A stretch of DNA of 64,000 bases from Escherichia phage slur07: the sequence record NC_028780.1. One strand, written 5' to 3'. The position numbers were made by a program, and so were the translations under genes. The notes under the pieces are model-generated. The model searched no databases. It saw nothing but the letters and a program-made list of their open reading frames with translations, and was not told the origin of the DNA. Of this stretch, positions 62,494 to 64,000 are shown piece by piece (positions within the stretch are counted from its first letter, which is position 1; each line of letters opens with the position of its first letter).

Positions 62494-62740
62494 TATTCAT
62501 CATCCTCGTCTTCGTCATCTTCATCAGAGTCTTTGTCTTTTTTGTCGTCTTTATCATCACTATCTTCGTCTTCGTCATCATCCTCGTCATCAGGTTCTTC
62601 ACCTTCGATTAAGAAATTACGAGCGATAGCGATTTTTTCTTCTTTAATTAAATCAATCGTTCTTGCAGCCATGGCTTCAGCAAATAATTTACGAGCGGCT
62701 ACGAGGTCGTTTGATTTAATAGCTTCAATTAAACCTTCCA

Positions 62741-62741
<1 letters not shown>
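62493..62741 (-). CDS. 67: gp67 prohead core protein with poly-acidic tail
   Basis: 82 aa; C-terminal [35 protein letters not shown]. Confidence 0.8.

Positions 62742-64000
<1,259 letters not shown>

Overview
This window is a contiguous ~64 kb segment of a T-even (T4-like, Tequatrovirus-type) Escherichia phage genome, recognised by direct protein-level similarity of the translated ORFs to T4 proteins and by T4 gene order. No database search was run; all calls are from reading the sequence and recall of T4 proteins. Reading left to right it runs from the 3' part of gene 52 (topoisomerase II) through motA, arn, asiA, holin t, the long-tail-fibre operon 38-37-36-35-34 (minus strand), rnh, dsbA, 33, 59, 32, frd, td, nrdA, nrdB, denA, 63 (RNA ligase 1), alc, a spanin pair, pseT, cd, 31, rIII, 30 (DNA ligase), two tandem alt genes, baseplate genes 54-48-29-28-27-51 (minus) and 26-25 (plus), uvsY, uvsW, segE, inh, hoc, rnlB and head genes 24-23-22-21-68-67 to a truncated gene 20 (portal). 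Most of the window is conserved T-even backbone. The genome is mosaic: the adhesin gp38 and the gp37 tip are T2/T6-type, td and nrdB are intron-less, and the homing endonucleases mobE, segG and segD are absent, yet a segE-like GIY-YIG gene is present. The most interesting candidates are a NADAR/YbiA-like protein beside a HAD phosphatase and DNA ligase, an intact tandem duplication of the Alt ADP-ribosyltransferase, a 115-aa ORF inserted between frd and td, and repeated early-promoter cassettes flanking variable small ORFs. I found no tRNA, rRNA or CRISPR array, and no single clearly novel multi-gene system.
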